The notes under the pieces were generated by a model. It was given only the letters and a program-made list of their open reading frames with translations, was not told the DNA's origin and did no database searches. Below, one piece after another: positions 25,105 to 35,500 of a stretch of DNA of 64,000 bases. Made by a program: the position numbers and the translations under genes. The stretch covers positions 11 to 64,010 of the forward strand of contig JAJRQY010000006.1 of the NCBI GenBank assembly GCA_024280015.1. The letters run 5' to 3'. Source of the DNA: Actinomycetes bacterium (GTDB lineage Bacteria; Actinomycetota; Acidimicrobiia; Acidimicrobiales; SZUA-35). The first letter of the stretch is position 1. Each line of letters begins with the position of its first letter.

Positions 25105-27054
25105 CTAGGGCTCAACGATGGCGAAGCCGGACTGGAATGTGTCCAGGTTCCCGAAGATCGACATCAGGTTCTCGGGTTCGCCAGACAAGACAATGGTCCC
25201 GCTGCTAATGGCGTCGGCGAAGCTAACCTGACCACTAATGACGTCAATCAGATCAGCCTTGGTAAGAGTAAGCACTGCACCGGCCTGACTGGTGGAGTCT
25301 TGGTTTGATGGGCGGGCGGCAAGAGCCCGATTCTCCAGACTGAGCAACCAATGCTGGTCAAGGTCAGTGAAGTGCCAATGCACACTCGCCTGCAAGCCTG
25401 CAACCGCTTCGGAACGCAAGCGGACGGACACCGCGTCGAAGATCTGCTCGACGTCCAGCGCGCCTAGGAGCGTGCTTCGTCGAGTTTCGCGCTGTGGGGG
25501 AGGCCCTTCGCGTAGTTCCTTTGCCCCCATGAGGTACGCGTTTCGCCAGGTTGCGGACTCACAACCATAGCCAAGCTGTTCATAGGCATCAGCTTGTAGG
25601 TCCCGGCCCTCTTGATGGGACGGATCGCTAAAAACCAGATGATTCAGTACTTGGACAACCCAGCGGTAGTCACCTTCGTTGAAACTCTTGCGAGCCTTGG
25701 CCACCAGTTCGTCAGAACCGCCCATGAACTCGACGTAACGCTGGCCCGCCTCTGTCGGAGGATAGTTCCAAAGATTAGACGGATTACCGTCATAAAAGCT
25801 GAGGTAGCGGGCGTAGACCGCTTTGACGTTGTGGACCAGGGTGCCGTAGTAGCCCCGGGTGTGTCCTTCATCCAGGAACTCCTGAGGGAGCTCCAGCATT
25901 TCGGCGATTTCGATTCCCGTGAAGCCATGATTGGCTTGCCTCATCGTCTGATCATGGATCCAGCGGTACATGTCGCGCTGCTTAGCCAAGAACTCGGCAA
26001 CGTTCTCCTGGCCCCAGCGTGGCCAATGATGAGAAGCGAACATGATGGTGGTTTCAGACCCGAACATGTCGAGCGCCTCACCGATGTATTTCGACCAGCT
26101 CAGGGTGTCTCGTACCTGAGCTCCACGAATCGGGACCAGGTTGTGCATCGTGTGAGTGCAGTTCTCGGCCATGCAGAGCCAACCCTTGTCCGGGAAGAAA
26201 AAGGTCATCTCGGCCGGGGCTTCTGCTTCGGGGGTGTATTGGAAGACGATACGTATCCCGTCAACCTCGAGCTCTTGGCCTGTTTCACCGATGGATTCGG
26301 TTGGAGCAATCAGTCCCGGGGGAGCAGTTGGGAATGCCTTGCCAAGGCCACAGTCGACGTGGCCTCTTGGACCAACTGGGAGCAAGGGACCGAACTGATA
26401 GGCCGCACGGCGAGCCATGGCCGGACCAGCTATGACGTTCTCGGCGACGGCCTCGCGCATGAACCCTTCGGGGGCAATGATTCGGACCTCGCCGGCATCA
26501 ACGGCTTCTTGGGTGGTCACCCCATCCACTCCGCCAAAGTGATCAGCATGACTGTGGGTGTAGATGACTGCCCTGACTGGGCGTCCGCCCAGGTGCTCGT
26601 TGGCCAGTTCCAGGCAGGCCCGCGCAGTCCATTCAGTTGTCAGGGGATCGATGATGATCCAGCCGGTCTCTCCTTCAATGAAGGTGATGTTGGAGATGTC
26701 ATATCCTCGTGCCTGCCACAGGCCATCGTCCACCTTGAATAGGCCATGGGGTTGGTTGAGCCTTGCTTGGCGCCACAGGCTGGGGTGTACGGTCTCGGGG
26801 CAGGAGTCAGCAGGGTTCGATCCAGCTGCAGCCACGGCTTCGTCGATAAAGGCGTACCGGGTTTGGTCCCAGGCTGGTCCGTAGGGGCCATCGATCTTGC
26901 CTGTTGGATGAGTGGCGATGAGCCCGCGACTTGCTCGATCAAAGTCGTCCCCATCCATCTCAAGATCTACGCCCTGCACCCGGTTGCGTTCGGCGGTGAC
27001 TGCGGTGGCAGGCTTGGGTTGAATTGGTCGGTCGAGGTCTGAGGAAGGCGACAT
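25105..27054 (-). CDS. alkyl/aryl-sulfatase (MBL fold plus dimerisation plus SCP2-like domains; SdsA1/BDS1-like)
   Basis: YTHSHADHFGG MBL motif and a long C-terminal region typical of type III sulfatases. I trimmed the start to the ATG at 27054 (MSPSSDL...) because the 27237 start overlaps the opposite-strand DUF3817 gene. Confidence 0.8.
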   Translation of the reverse strand: MSPSSDLDRPIQPKPATAVTAERNRVQGVDLEMDGDDFDRASRGLIATHPTGKIDGPYGPAWDQTRYAFIDEAVAAAGSNPADSCPETVHPSLWRQARLNQPHGLFKVDDGLWQARGYDISNITFIEGETGWIIIDPLTTEWTARACLELANEHLGGRPVRAVIYTHSHADHFGGVDGVTTQEAVDAGEVRIIAPEGFMREAVAENVIAGPAMARRAAYQFGPLLPVGPRGHVDCGLGKAFPTAPPGLIAPTESIGETGQELEVDGIRIVFQYTPEAEAPAEMTFFFPDKGWLCMAENCTHTMHNLVPIRGAQVRDTLSWSKYIGEALDMFGSETTIMFASHHWPRWGQENVAEFLAKQRDMYRWIHDQTMRQANHGFTGIEIAEMLELPQEFLDEGHTRGYYGTLVHNVKAVYARYLSFYDGNPSNLWNYPPTEAGQRYVEFMGGSDELVAKARKSFNEGDYRWVVQVLNHLVFSDPSHQEGRDLQADAYEQLGYGCESATWRNAYLMGAKELREGPPPQRETRRSTLLGALDVEQIFDAVSVRLRSEAVAGLQASVHWHFTDLDQHWLLSLENRALAARPSNQDSTSQAGAVLTLTKADLIDVISGQVSFADAISSGTIVLSGEPENLMSIFGNLDTFQSGFAIVEP

Positions 27055-27111
27055 CTGAGTAGTCTGGCTTACCGGTCCACCACCTCGCCAACCGGGCGAA
27101 AGAGAGTGCTC

Positions 27112-27411
27112 ATGATTCAGAAGCTTCGTGCCATTTCGATCATCGAGGCTGTGAGTTACCTCATGCTTCTCACTGCCATGGTTTTCAAGTATGGCTTTGA
27201 CAACGAGACTGGCGTAAAAGTGCTCGGTCCCATCCACGGAACCCTCTATCTGGTCTATGCGGCCGCTCTGGTCATCAACTTCTCCACTCTTGGTTGGAAA
27301 GCCACGCGACTTATCGCCGCCCTGTTCCTAGGCGCTCTTCCCCTTGGGGGATTCTTCGTTGAACGCCGGTGGCTACAGTCAGCCGAACCTGCTCACTCCT
27401 CCGCTGCCTGA
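27112..27411 (+). CDS. DUF3817-like small membrane protein
   Basis: MIQKLRAISIIEAVSYLMLL...GPIHGTLYLVY pattern. About 3 TM helices. Family recognised from memory. Confidence 0.65.
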   Translation: MIQKLRAISIIEAVSYLMLLTAMVFKYGFDNETGVKVLGPIHGTLYLVYAAALVINFSTLGWKATRLIAALFLGALPLGGFFVERRWLQSAEPAHSSAA

Positions 27412-27477
27412 ATACTGGTAGCTTAGCTATCGCGCCCGAGTGAGCAACAAGAGACGAAACACGGACAGGACCTAGCT

Positions 27478-28110
27478 ATGACAAAGAGTTTTGATCGGTT
27501 CCGTGCCCATCCCTGGCACGGCCTGCCCATTGGTTCTGACGCGCCCGCTCATGTTGATGCCTATATCGAGATCACGCCCTTCGATGCGGTCAAGTACGAG
27601 ATTGACAAGAAGACTGGCTACTTGCGAGTAGACCGCCCCCAGGGCAGCTCGGCTCTGCCGCCAACGCTCTATGGCTTCATCCCACAAACCTACTGTGCGG
27701 ACCGGGTCGCCGCCCTGACCCCGGGGGCTGAAGTGGGGGACATGGATCCTCTGGATATTTGTGTGCTCAGCCAGCAGCGAATTGACAGGGCGGAGATCGT
27801 CACCCCCGCTCGTGTTGTTGGTGGCATCCAACTCTTGGACGATGGTGAGGCCGATGACAAGATCGTTGCCTTGTTGGAGAGTGATCCAGTCTTTGACTAT
27901 GCCAAGGATTTGAAGAACCTGCCGGTCACCGTTGTCAATCGGATCGTGCACTATTTTGGAACCTACAAGCTGGATATCAGCGGCAAGAAGCCCAATTCTA
28001 TTGAGGTTGTTGGTACCTACGGGCGAGAGCATGCACTGCAGGTCATCGAGGCATCAATGGCGGACTACAACGAACACTTCCCGTCCGATGAGCGGCGCCA
28101 GCCGGACTAG
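27478..28110 (+). CDS. ppa: inorganic pyrophosphatase (family I)
   Basis: HPWHG, YEIDKKTGYLRVDRP, YGFIPQT and D-DPLDICVL motifs. Confidence 0.85.
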   Translation: MTKSFDRFRAHPWHGLPIGSDAPAHVDAYIEITPFDAVKYEIDKKTGYLRVDRPQGSSALPPTLYGFIPQTYCADRVAALTPGAEVGDMDPLDICVLSQQRIDRAEIVTPARVVGGIQLLDDGEADDKIVALLESDPVFDYAKDLKNLPVTVVNRIVHYFGTYKLDISGKKPNSIEVVGTYGREHALQVIEASMADYNEHFPSDERRQPD

Positions 28111-29339
28111 ATCTTGCCAGCGGGGAAGACCACGGGGATACTGCGCGGGCCGCGAACTTGACCGCCAGCCCAGGTCACTGATTCCGGATCGGCAAGCTCG
28201 AACTCGGGAATGGCCTTGAACCATTCCTCCAGCGCTAACCGCACTTCCATCCTGGCCAGGTTGGATCCGGCACAGCGATGGATGCCAACACCAAAGGCCA
28301 AGTGTCGGTTCTTGGCCCGATCGATGATGAAGGTATCGGCATCCTCGAACACGTCCGGGTCCCGATTGGCCGCCGGGAAACTCATAAGCACCCGGTCACC
28401 CTCCGGAATTGGACAGCCATTGATTTCGGCACCTTCTTCGGCAACCCTGGCCATGGTGACGGGCGCATAGAACCGCAAGATCTCTTCAATGGCCAGGGGC
28501 CAGACGTCAGGATCCTCAACCATCCGCCTGCGATCCACGGGATTGGCAGCGAAGTGATACATAGCGGCGCCAATGGCACTCCAGGTGGTGTCGATCCCGG
28601 CGACCATCAGGAGGAAGGCTTCACCAAGGACGAACATTTCGTCAACTGGTTCACCCTCAACTTCGGAGTTGATGAGCTCGCTGATCAGATCCTCGGTCGG
28701 TGTTTCTTTGCGCTTCGCGATCTCCTCCAAGAGGAAGGATGCTGTTGCCATCACCGCCTCCTTGCGTCGATCCTTGTCGTAGGCGTATTCGAGGATGCCG
28801 CGGACCCAGCTAACAAAATCATCGCTCTTGTCCTCGGACACGCCAAGAAGCGCACCAATGACCCGAACCGGGATCTGTTGGGCATAGTCCGCAGCAGCGT
28901 CGGCCTTCCCGTCGGCAATGAAGCCGGCAATCAAGCGCTGGCAAAGTTCACGCGTTCCTGCCTCGTAGCTCTTGACCGCCTTTGGCGCCATCGAAGGCAG
29001 GATCAATCTTCGTGTCCAGGTGTGCAAGGGCGGATCGGCATCAATTGGAGGCACCCCGCCCGGAAGCATCGAATCCTCGTCTTCTTCGCCCTCGTCTGGG
29101 CCAACGACTGAGATGCCATGACCGGAGGGAAAGTGCTCAATGTCTCGGGCCGTGGCTTGCACATCCTCGTATCGAACCGGGAGCCATGATCCGCCGTGGA
29201 GATCCGAGTGAGCGACGGGACACTTGTCGCGGTAGTTGGCCCAGAACTCACCCGGATTGGCGACATAGTCGTCACCAAACAGGTCATAGTTCTGAAAGCG
29301 TTCGCCAGAATTGTTGAGTGACGGATCGGTCTGGGTCAT
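28107..29339 (-). CDS. cytochrome P450
   Basis: Heme-binding loop FGVGIHRCAGSNLA, EEILR (ExxR) motif, 410 aa. Its stop overlaps the ppa stop in the palindrome CTAG (28107-28110). Confidence 0.9.
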   Translation of the reverse strand: MTQTDPSLNNSGERFQNYDLFGDDYVANPGEFWANYRDKCPVAHSDLHGGSWLPVRYEDVQATARDIEHFPSGHGISVVGPDEGEEDEDSMLPGGVPPIDADPPLHTWTRRLILPSMAPKAVKSYEAGTRELCQRLIAGFIADGKADAAADYAQQIPVRVIGALLGVSEDKSDDFVSWVRGILEYAYDKDRRKEAVMATASFLLEEIAKRKETPTEDLISELINSEVEGEPVDEMFVLGEAFLLMVAGIDTTWSAIGAAMYHFAANPVDRRRMVEDPDVWPLAIEEILRFYAPVTMARVAEEGAEINGCPIPEGDRVLMSFPAANRDPDVFEDADTFIIDRAKNRHLAFGVGIHRCAGSNLARMEVRLALEEWFKAIPEFELADPESVTWAGGQVRGPRSIPVVFPAGKI

Positions 29340-29403
29340 GTCGGGTCCACCAGAGGGCTAGAGGTGTTGCCTGGTCGGCGTTGCCGAGAACCTAGCTCAA
29401 TCC

Positions 29404-30210
29404 TTACTCTGTAAGCCATTTCATCAAAACCGGCTTTCTGGCACCGGGGTGATGTCGCATATGGGTCGCTACCGGTGCCAGTTCCTGATTGGGGGTGGAA
29501 ACGGCCCAGGCCAGTTGATGATCGGCGGTCGGTTGATGCAGGCCGAAGGCCCAGCGGCCTGGAGTGTCGTCATGGTTCTGGGCGAACGCCACTGAAATTG
29601 GATTGCGGTCATCGCTTGCGGTCCCCAGGGACCTTGGATCTTCAGGGAGATCGAACCAGAAGTTGCGCAGGGGAGTGGCTAGACCAGTTCCGATGGCCTT
29701 GATGTAGGACTCCTTCAAGGTCCAGTATTCAAAGAAGCGACGACGCTGAGTCTCACCGCTCAGCTGCTCGAAGATGGCGAACTCGGATGGGGTGAAGGAA
29801 CGTCTGCCCACTCCGACAAGATCGGTGCTTCGAGTCGTTGTCTCCACATCGACCCCACAGTCGATGTCACGGGCCATCAGCAGTGCGTAGAGCGAGTCGG
29901 TGTGGGACAGGCTGAAACGTAGGCCCTTGAGTTCTTCGTGCTCTCGCACGAGCTCGCGAGCCAGTTCGGGGCGACCATGAGGGCCGAACTCAAACTCCCA
30001 TTCTGACTCCGTGAGGGTCGGCACATAGGAGGACAAGACACGACGCACAAAGCTATGGCTCAACAGAAAACGCCGCTGAGCCGTCACCACCGTGAAACGG
30101 TCGTGACGGCTCAGTTCGTGCGAGTCAAGCCAGGCCCGTTCCGAAGGACAGTCCTGAGGACGGGCTAGCCAGATATGCGTACTCTCGGTGAGATCGGTTA
30201 GCGAGTCGAT
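29404..30210 (-). CDS. Sfp-type 4'-phosphopantetheinyl transferase (start codon unresolved)
   Basis: FSLSHTDSLYALLMA, CGVDVE and WTLKESYIKAIGTGL motifs. The ORF track starts at GTG 30090. The conserved N-terminal region (THIWLARPQD...LDSHELSRHDRF) is encoded upstream, in-frame, directly after the ALDH TAG, with no ATG/GTG/TTG before 30090. Confidence 0.7.
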   Translation of the reverse strand: MDSLTDLTESTHIWLARPQDCPSERAWLDSHELSRHDRFTVVTAQRRFLLSHSFVRRVLSSYVPTLTESEWEFEFGPHGRPELARELVREHEELKGLRFSLSHTDSLYALLMARDIDCGVDVETTTRSTDLVGVGRRSFTPSEFAIFEQLSGETQRRRFFEYWTLKESYIKAIGTGLATPLRNFWFDLPEDPRSLGTASDDRNPISVAFAQNHDDTPGRWAFGLHQPTADHQLAWAVSTPNQELAPVATHMRHHPGARKPVLMKWLTE

Positions 30211-31638
30211 CTAGGGGTTATAGCCGAACATGGACTTGGCCTCAAGGAACTCCTTCAGACCATGGACTCCAAACTCTCGGCCGTTGCCGGACTGCTTGTA
30301 GCCACCGAAGGGCACGTCCATGGCCAGCGAGGCGCCATTGATGTGGATCATGCCGGTTCGGATTTGACGAGCAACCGAGCGAGCATGATCAAGATCAGAC
30401 GAGCTGACGTAGCCGGACAGGCCATAGACCGTGTCATTGGCAATCCGAATGGCGTCCGCTTCGTCCTCGTACCCAATGAGCACGAGTACTGGTCCAAAGA
30501 TCTCTTCCTCGGCCACCGTCATTGATGGCTCTACGTTGGAGAAGACCGTCGGACGGACGTAGTAGCCCTTGTCCAAACCTTCGGGTCGACCGGGTCCGCC
30601 GCTTTCCAGCGTTGCTCCTTCTTCGATGCCCTTCTGAATCAAGCCTTGAATCTTGTTGAACTGGGCTTCTGAAACAACGGGTCCGGTTGTAGTTCCCTCG
30701 GCATCGGGTGGGCCAACGACCAGCTTGGCTGCGGCCTCCTTGGCGATGGCGGCAGCTTCGGCCATGCGAGCTGCGGGGACCAACATGCGGGTACCGGCAT
30801 TGCAAGACTGCCCACTGTTGGAGCACATACCGGCTACGTCCCTGCTGATGACCTTCTCGAAGTCGGCGTCATCAAGGATGATGTTGGCTGACTTACCGCC
30901 AAGCTCTTGAGCAACACGCTTGACTGTCGGTGCGGCAGCTTGAGCCACGGCCACACCAGCGCGAGTCGAGCCGGTGAAGGACATCATGTCAATGTCGGGG
31001 TGCGAACTCATGGCGGCGCCAACGACCGGTCCGGCCCCGTTGACCAGGTTGAATACTCATGGTGGGACTCCGGCGGCGTCCATGACCTCGGCGAATAGAA
31101 TGGCATTGAGTGGGGCGATTTCGGAGGGCTTGAGCACCATGGTGCAGCCAGCGGCAATAGCCGGGCCGACCTTGGCGGCGATCTGGTTGAGTGGCCAGTT
31201 CCATGGAGTGATGAAGCCACAAACACCGATTGGCTCATAGGTCACTTCGGAGGTTCCGACCGACTCCGAGAACTCGAAGCCTTCTAAGGCGGCCTTGGCG
31301 AACATGAGGTGGCCGATGCCTGATGGTGCCTGGGCTCGGGTGGCAAGCATGGTTGGCGCACCCATTTCTTGGCTGACGGCGACCGCGATCTCGGGCATGC
31401 GCTCGCCATAGGCGGCGATCATTTTGTCCAGAAGTTCCAGGCGTTCTTCCTTGGTTGTCTGGGAGAACGTGACGAAGGCTTCTTTGGCCGCTGCAACCGC
31501 GGCGTCAACATCGGCTTGGTTTCCCATGGCAATGGTGGCAATGACTTCTTCAGTTGCCGGATTGATGACATCGAGGGTGTCGGTCCCCTGAGGATCGACC
31601 CACTCGCCGTTGATGTAGAACTTCTGATTGTTACTCAT
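30211..31638 (-). pseudogene. NAD(P)-dependent aldehyde dehydrogenase interrupted by a single in-frame TGA
   Basis: ORFs 31057-31638 (N-terminal part, ...LKPSEIAPLNAILFAEVMDAAGVPP*) and 30211-31011 (C-terminal part with [10 protein letters not shown] and GQSCNAG catalytic motifs) are in the same frame. My codon-by-codon read gives [28 protein letters not shown] with no frameshift. Confidence 0.85.
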
Positions 31639-31726
31639 ACGTGCTATCGAAACACACCCCAGAGGGGTTGTCCAACCTGGCCCGAATTGGAGCTGGGCCG
31701 ATGGGGGATGAGTAGCAAGAACGGAG

Positions 31727-32497
31727 CTATTTCAGGTTGCGGTCAAACAGATCAAGGAGTCGATCCCAATGCTGCTCCGAAGCCTCACGCACATACTGGT
31801 CACGTTCGGCGAAGGCGAAACCGTGCTCGGTTCCCGGATACCACTCAACCTGTCCTGCGGTCCCAGCAGCGGCCATCGCGGCCTCGAACTCGGCAATAGT
31901 CTCCGGTGGCGCATAGCTGTCGGTTTCGGCGCAGGCGACATAGATCTCGGCCTTGACCGGGTCAAGATTCCGATGGGGCGAATCGGGCTGGTCGGTCGCC
32001 AGTCGAACTCCGTGGATGGAAGCAGCCGCTTTGACATGATCAGGGAAGGTTGAAGCAACCATTAAAGCGAAGGGGCCGCTCATGCAATAGCCAACGGTTG
32101 CTATCCGGGTGGCGTCGGCATCCAAGTGATTGTGGGACCAGCCAAAGATGGCGCGAACATCCTCAATTACCATGGCAGTGCTCAAACCGTCCATCAGTTC
32201 CAACATGCGGTCACGGTCCTGGGTCTCAAACACGTTGTACTCGCGGACCTCCCGGTAATAGAGGTTGGGAGCGATCACGAAGTATCCGTTGGATGCGATT
32301 CTGCGGCACATGTCCCGCAACTCTTCTCGCATGCCGGGGGCATCCATCAAGAATAAAATGACGGGACTTGGCTGGGATGGTTGATCGGACGATCGGTTGT
32401 CAGGGAGGGCAACAAACGTATTGACTTCGCCTGATGCGGTCTCCAACTCCAGTTCCAGATCAATCACATCTTGTATCGGAGATTTCTGCTCGGTCAC
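31727..32497 (-). CDS. dienelactone hydrolase family protein
   Basis: The alpha/beta-hydrolase core begins at VTEQKSPIQDVID...FLMDAPGMREEL, with nucleophile region VGYCMSGP and a late His (GTEHGF). I chose the GTG at 32497 because the longer ORF (to 32824) overlaps the hrpA 3' end. Confidence 0.75.
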   Translation of the reverse strand: MTEQKSPIQDVIDLELELETASGEVNTFVALPDNRSSDQPSQPSPVILFLMDAPGMREELRDMCRRIASNGYFVIAPNLYYREVREYNVFETQDRDRMLELMDGLSTAMVIEDVRAIFGWSHNHLDADATRIATVGYCMSGPFALMVASTFPDHVKAAASIHGVRLATDQPDSPHRNLDPVKAEIYVACAETDSYAPPETIAEFEAAMAAAGTAGQVEWYPGTEHGFAFAERDQYVREASEQHWDRLLDLFDRNLK

Positions 32498-32582
32498 TCG
32501 TTGTCCCGTCGTTTGGTCAGTGGGCTGTCGTCTGGCGGGTTTCCGCCTTGGGAGGGGCAGGCATCGCCAACTGGGTCTGTGG

Positions 32583-35500
32583 TTAGGAGAGTAGTCGTAG
32601 GGCGTTCTTGACCCTCTTACCTGTGACCTTGTCGGCGATGGCAAGGTGTTGGGCGAACTGTCTGACCCGGAGTTCTTCGATGAGCCAGGAAATCTCCTCC
32701 AGCTCATCGAACTGATCTGAGTGGCTGCAGGCGGCGCGGTAGAGCTGTTCGACGTCACCACAGATGCCGAGGGCATCGCGATCCTTAGCCGGCGATGCTG
32801 GCAGCGACTCCAGGCGGAAGGCAATGCCCTCCAGGTACCGGGCTACATCTTCCAGCCGGTTGAATCCGACTCCGGTCAGCATTCCTGGATAGACAAGGCG
32901 GTCCCGGTGCGAGCGAGCATCCGACAGACTCGGTTGCAGGCGGTTGTGTTTTGCTAGATGGCTAACTGACTGGGCCTCCGTCTGATCGAGTAGGACGTCG
33001 ATTCGCTGGATAGTTGGCAAGATGCTATTCATCGCAGTAGCGACCCCAATGAGAAGCTCGGGTGTCGCATTCTTGGCGTAGGTCTGGATCCGCACGTGAC
33101 CTTCCTGGGTAAAGCTCGGTCCGCCCTGATCGCTGAGTATCTCGTCCAGCACACTGGTGAGGGCATCAATGAACCACTCGGCCTTGGACTGGGTGGCATT
33201 TGCGGCCATGGCCAACTGGGTGTCACTGCTGAGCAGCCCATCCAGAGTTCTCATCGGAGCCTTGATGTCCAGGTAGAGGAGGCGACGGGTTCCTGCCCAC
33301 ATAGCTTCCACCTGCTCCTCGGCGGTGACTTGTAGGCGGATGGAGGCCGAGGTGCCATTGTCAACCAGTGCTGGAAAGGCCTTCACCACATGATCCCCAG
33401 ACTGGGTTTCAACTGTCTGGGGAAGGTCACCGAAGTCCCACTGGGTGAGACCGTCACGTTCAACGTCATGTCTGGCATCCCCCAGGGCTTGGCGAATCTG
33501 AGCATCCAGGCGCACCTTGAGGGACTCCAGGCTCTTGCCCGCCGCCAGAGTTTGCTGCGACGTTCCGACGACCCGAAAGGTTGGTCGCAAGTGACGAGGG
33601 AGATCTTCAGGCTTGAAGGCATGTGCCTGGATGGAGACTCCCGTGCTGCGTTCGAGAGAGCGGCGCAAGGCTTGATCAAAGGTTCGGCCCGGATGCAGAT
33701 CCTGCTTGATGTCAGACAAGGCGTCTGCGACCTTGGACGGGATCGGCGAAAGAGCCTTTCGCGTTGTTTTATCCAGGGATCGGACCAGGAGTTCACCTGC
33801 CTCTTGTTGGAATCCGGGGACCAGCCAAGAGAAGTCACCGTCGTCCAGTTGATTGAGGACGGCCAGGGGTACATCGATGGTGATGCCATCGATGGGTGAG
33901 GTTGAATCGAACTCATAGGACAATGACAACTGGATGCCACCAATGGTGAGATGGTCAGGGAACGCATCATGGTCGATTCCCTCATCTCGCCCACCGAGCA
34001 GAATCTCATGCGTGAGGTCCAGTAGGCGCGGATCAGTTGCTCGCTTCTTTTTCCACCATGAATTGAAGTGGCGGGACGAGGTGACCGACCTTGGGAGATG
34101 CTGATCATAGAAGTCAAAGAGCAGCTGGCGATCAGCCATGAGGTCTGGTTGTCGAGACCGTGCTTCCAAGGCTGCGACTTCGTCGGTGAGTTTGGAGTTG
34201 AGCAGAGCAAAGTCGTGAGAGGTTTCCCATTCACCCTCGATGAGGGCGTGATGGATGAACATCTCTCGGGCCAACGAGGCATCAAAGTGCTCGAGGTTTT
34301 TTGTGCGCCCAGCAACGAGGGGTAGGCCATACAAGCTGACCCGTTCGGTGGTGAGGGCAGCGCCACGCTCTTGTTCCCACCAGGGCTCGGTGTAGGAGCG
34401 AGCAACAAGATGCTCGCCGAGCCGTTCGGCCCACGCCGGATCAATCTGAGCCATGGTTCGGGCCCACAAGCGGTTGGTTTCCACCAGTTCACCAGCCATG
34501 ACCCATGTTGGCGGTTTCTTGGACAGGGCAGATCCAGAGGCTACGACGAAACGAGCGTTGCGGGCACCAATGAATTCGGCCGGTTTGGCTCTTGCGCCGT
34601 CGCGACGCTGGCCAGATGCTGGCTTGGTTGCTGGCTTCGCCTTCTTCTCATCCTTCATGCCGATATGGGAAAGAAGCCCGGACAGGAGTGAATAGTGAAT
34701 GTCCTCGGGTAGTGGCTCGCCCGATGTGCGGGGAAGTTTCAGCTCATCGGCCACTCGCCGGAGTTGTCGGTAGACGTCCTGCCATTCTCGTATCCGGTTG
34801 AAGTTGAGGAACTCTCTTCGGCACAGCTTGCGAAACTGATTCTGCGAACGATCGCTCCGCTCGGTCTTGACATAGTTCCACAGATTGAGATAGCTCAAGA
34901 AGTCTGATGAGGGGTGAGCAAACCGGGCGTGTGACTCTGTTGCTGCTTGGCGTTTCTCCGTTGGTCGCTCTCTTGGATCTTGTACCGAGAGGGCGGCAAC
35001 AATAACCATGATCTCATGCAGACAAGAATTGCGTCCGGCTTCGATAATCATGCGCCCTAAGCGGGGATCGACCGGCAGCTTGGCCAGTTTGACGCCCATT
35101 GGCGTGAGCCACTTCGGTGTTCCTTGTCTTTGCGGATCGACGGCATCCAGTTCTTCAAGCAGGGCGATGCCGTCGCGAATATTTCGCCGGTCAGGTGGCT
35201 CGAGGAAGGGGAAGTCGACAATGTCGCCAAGACCCAATGAAGCCATCGCCAAGATGACAGACGCCAAGTTCGTTCGCTGTATCTCTGGGTCAGTGAACTC
35301 GGGACGGGAGAGAAAGTCATCCTCGGAATACAGGCGAATGCAAACCCCGGGACCAAGACGGCCGCATCGTCCGGCCCGCTGGTTGGCTGACGCTTGGGAT
35401 ATGGCCTCGATTGGTAACCGTTGCACCTTGGTTCGGTTGCTGTAGCGAGAAATCCGGGCGTTGCCTGGATCGATGACACTGCGAATGCCGGGAACAGTCA

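Noticed and set aside
28107-28110. Convergent genes sharing overlapping stop codons in the palindrome CTAG (ppa/P450), and the 17-nt convergent overlap at 55757-55773.
   Set aside because: This is a compact-genome curiosity with no evidence of regulatory significance from sequence alone.
31057-31059. In-frame TGA in the ALDH read as selenocysteine, or as a sign of a TGA=Gly genetic code.
   Set aside because: The position is a conserved structural Gly, not the catalytic Cys, and I could not draw a convincing SECIS-type hairpin at the right distance. TGA clearly terminates other genes in this window (e.g. at 2511-2513 and 48379-48381), so code reassignment is untenable.
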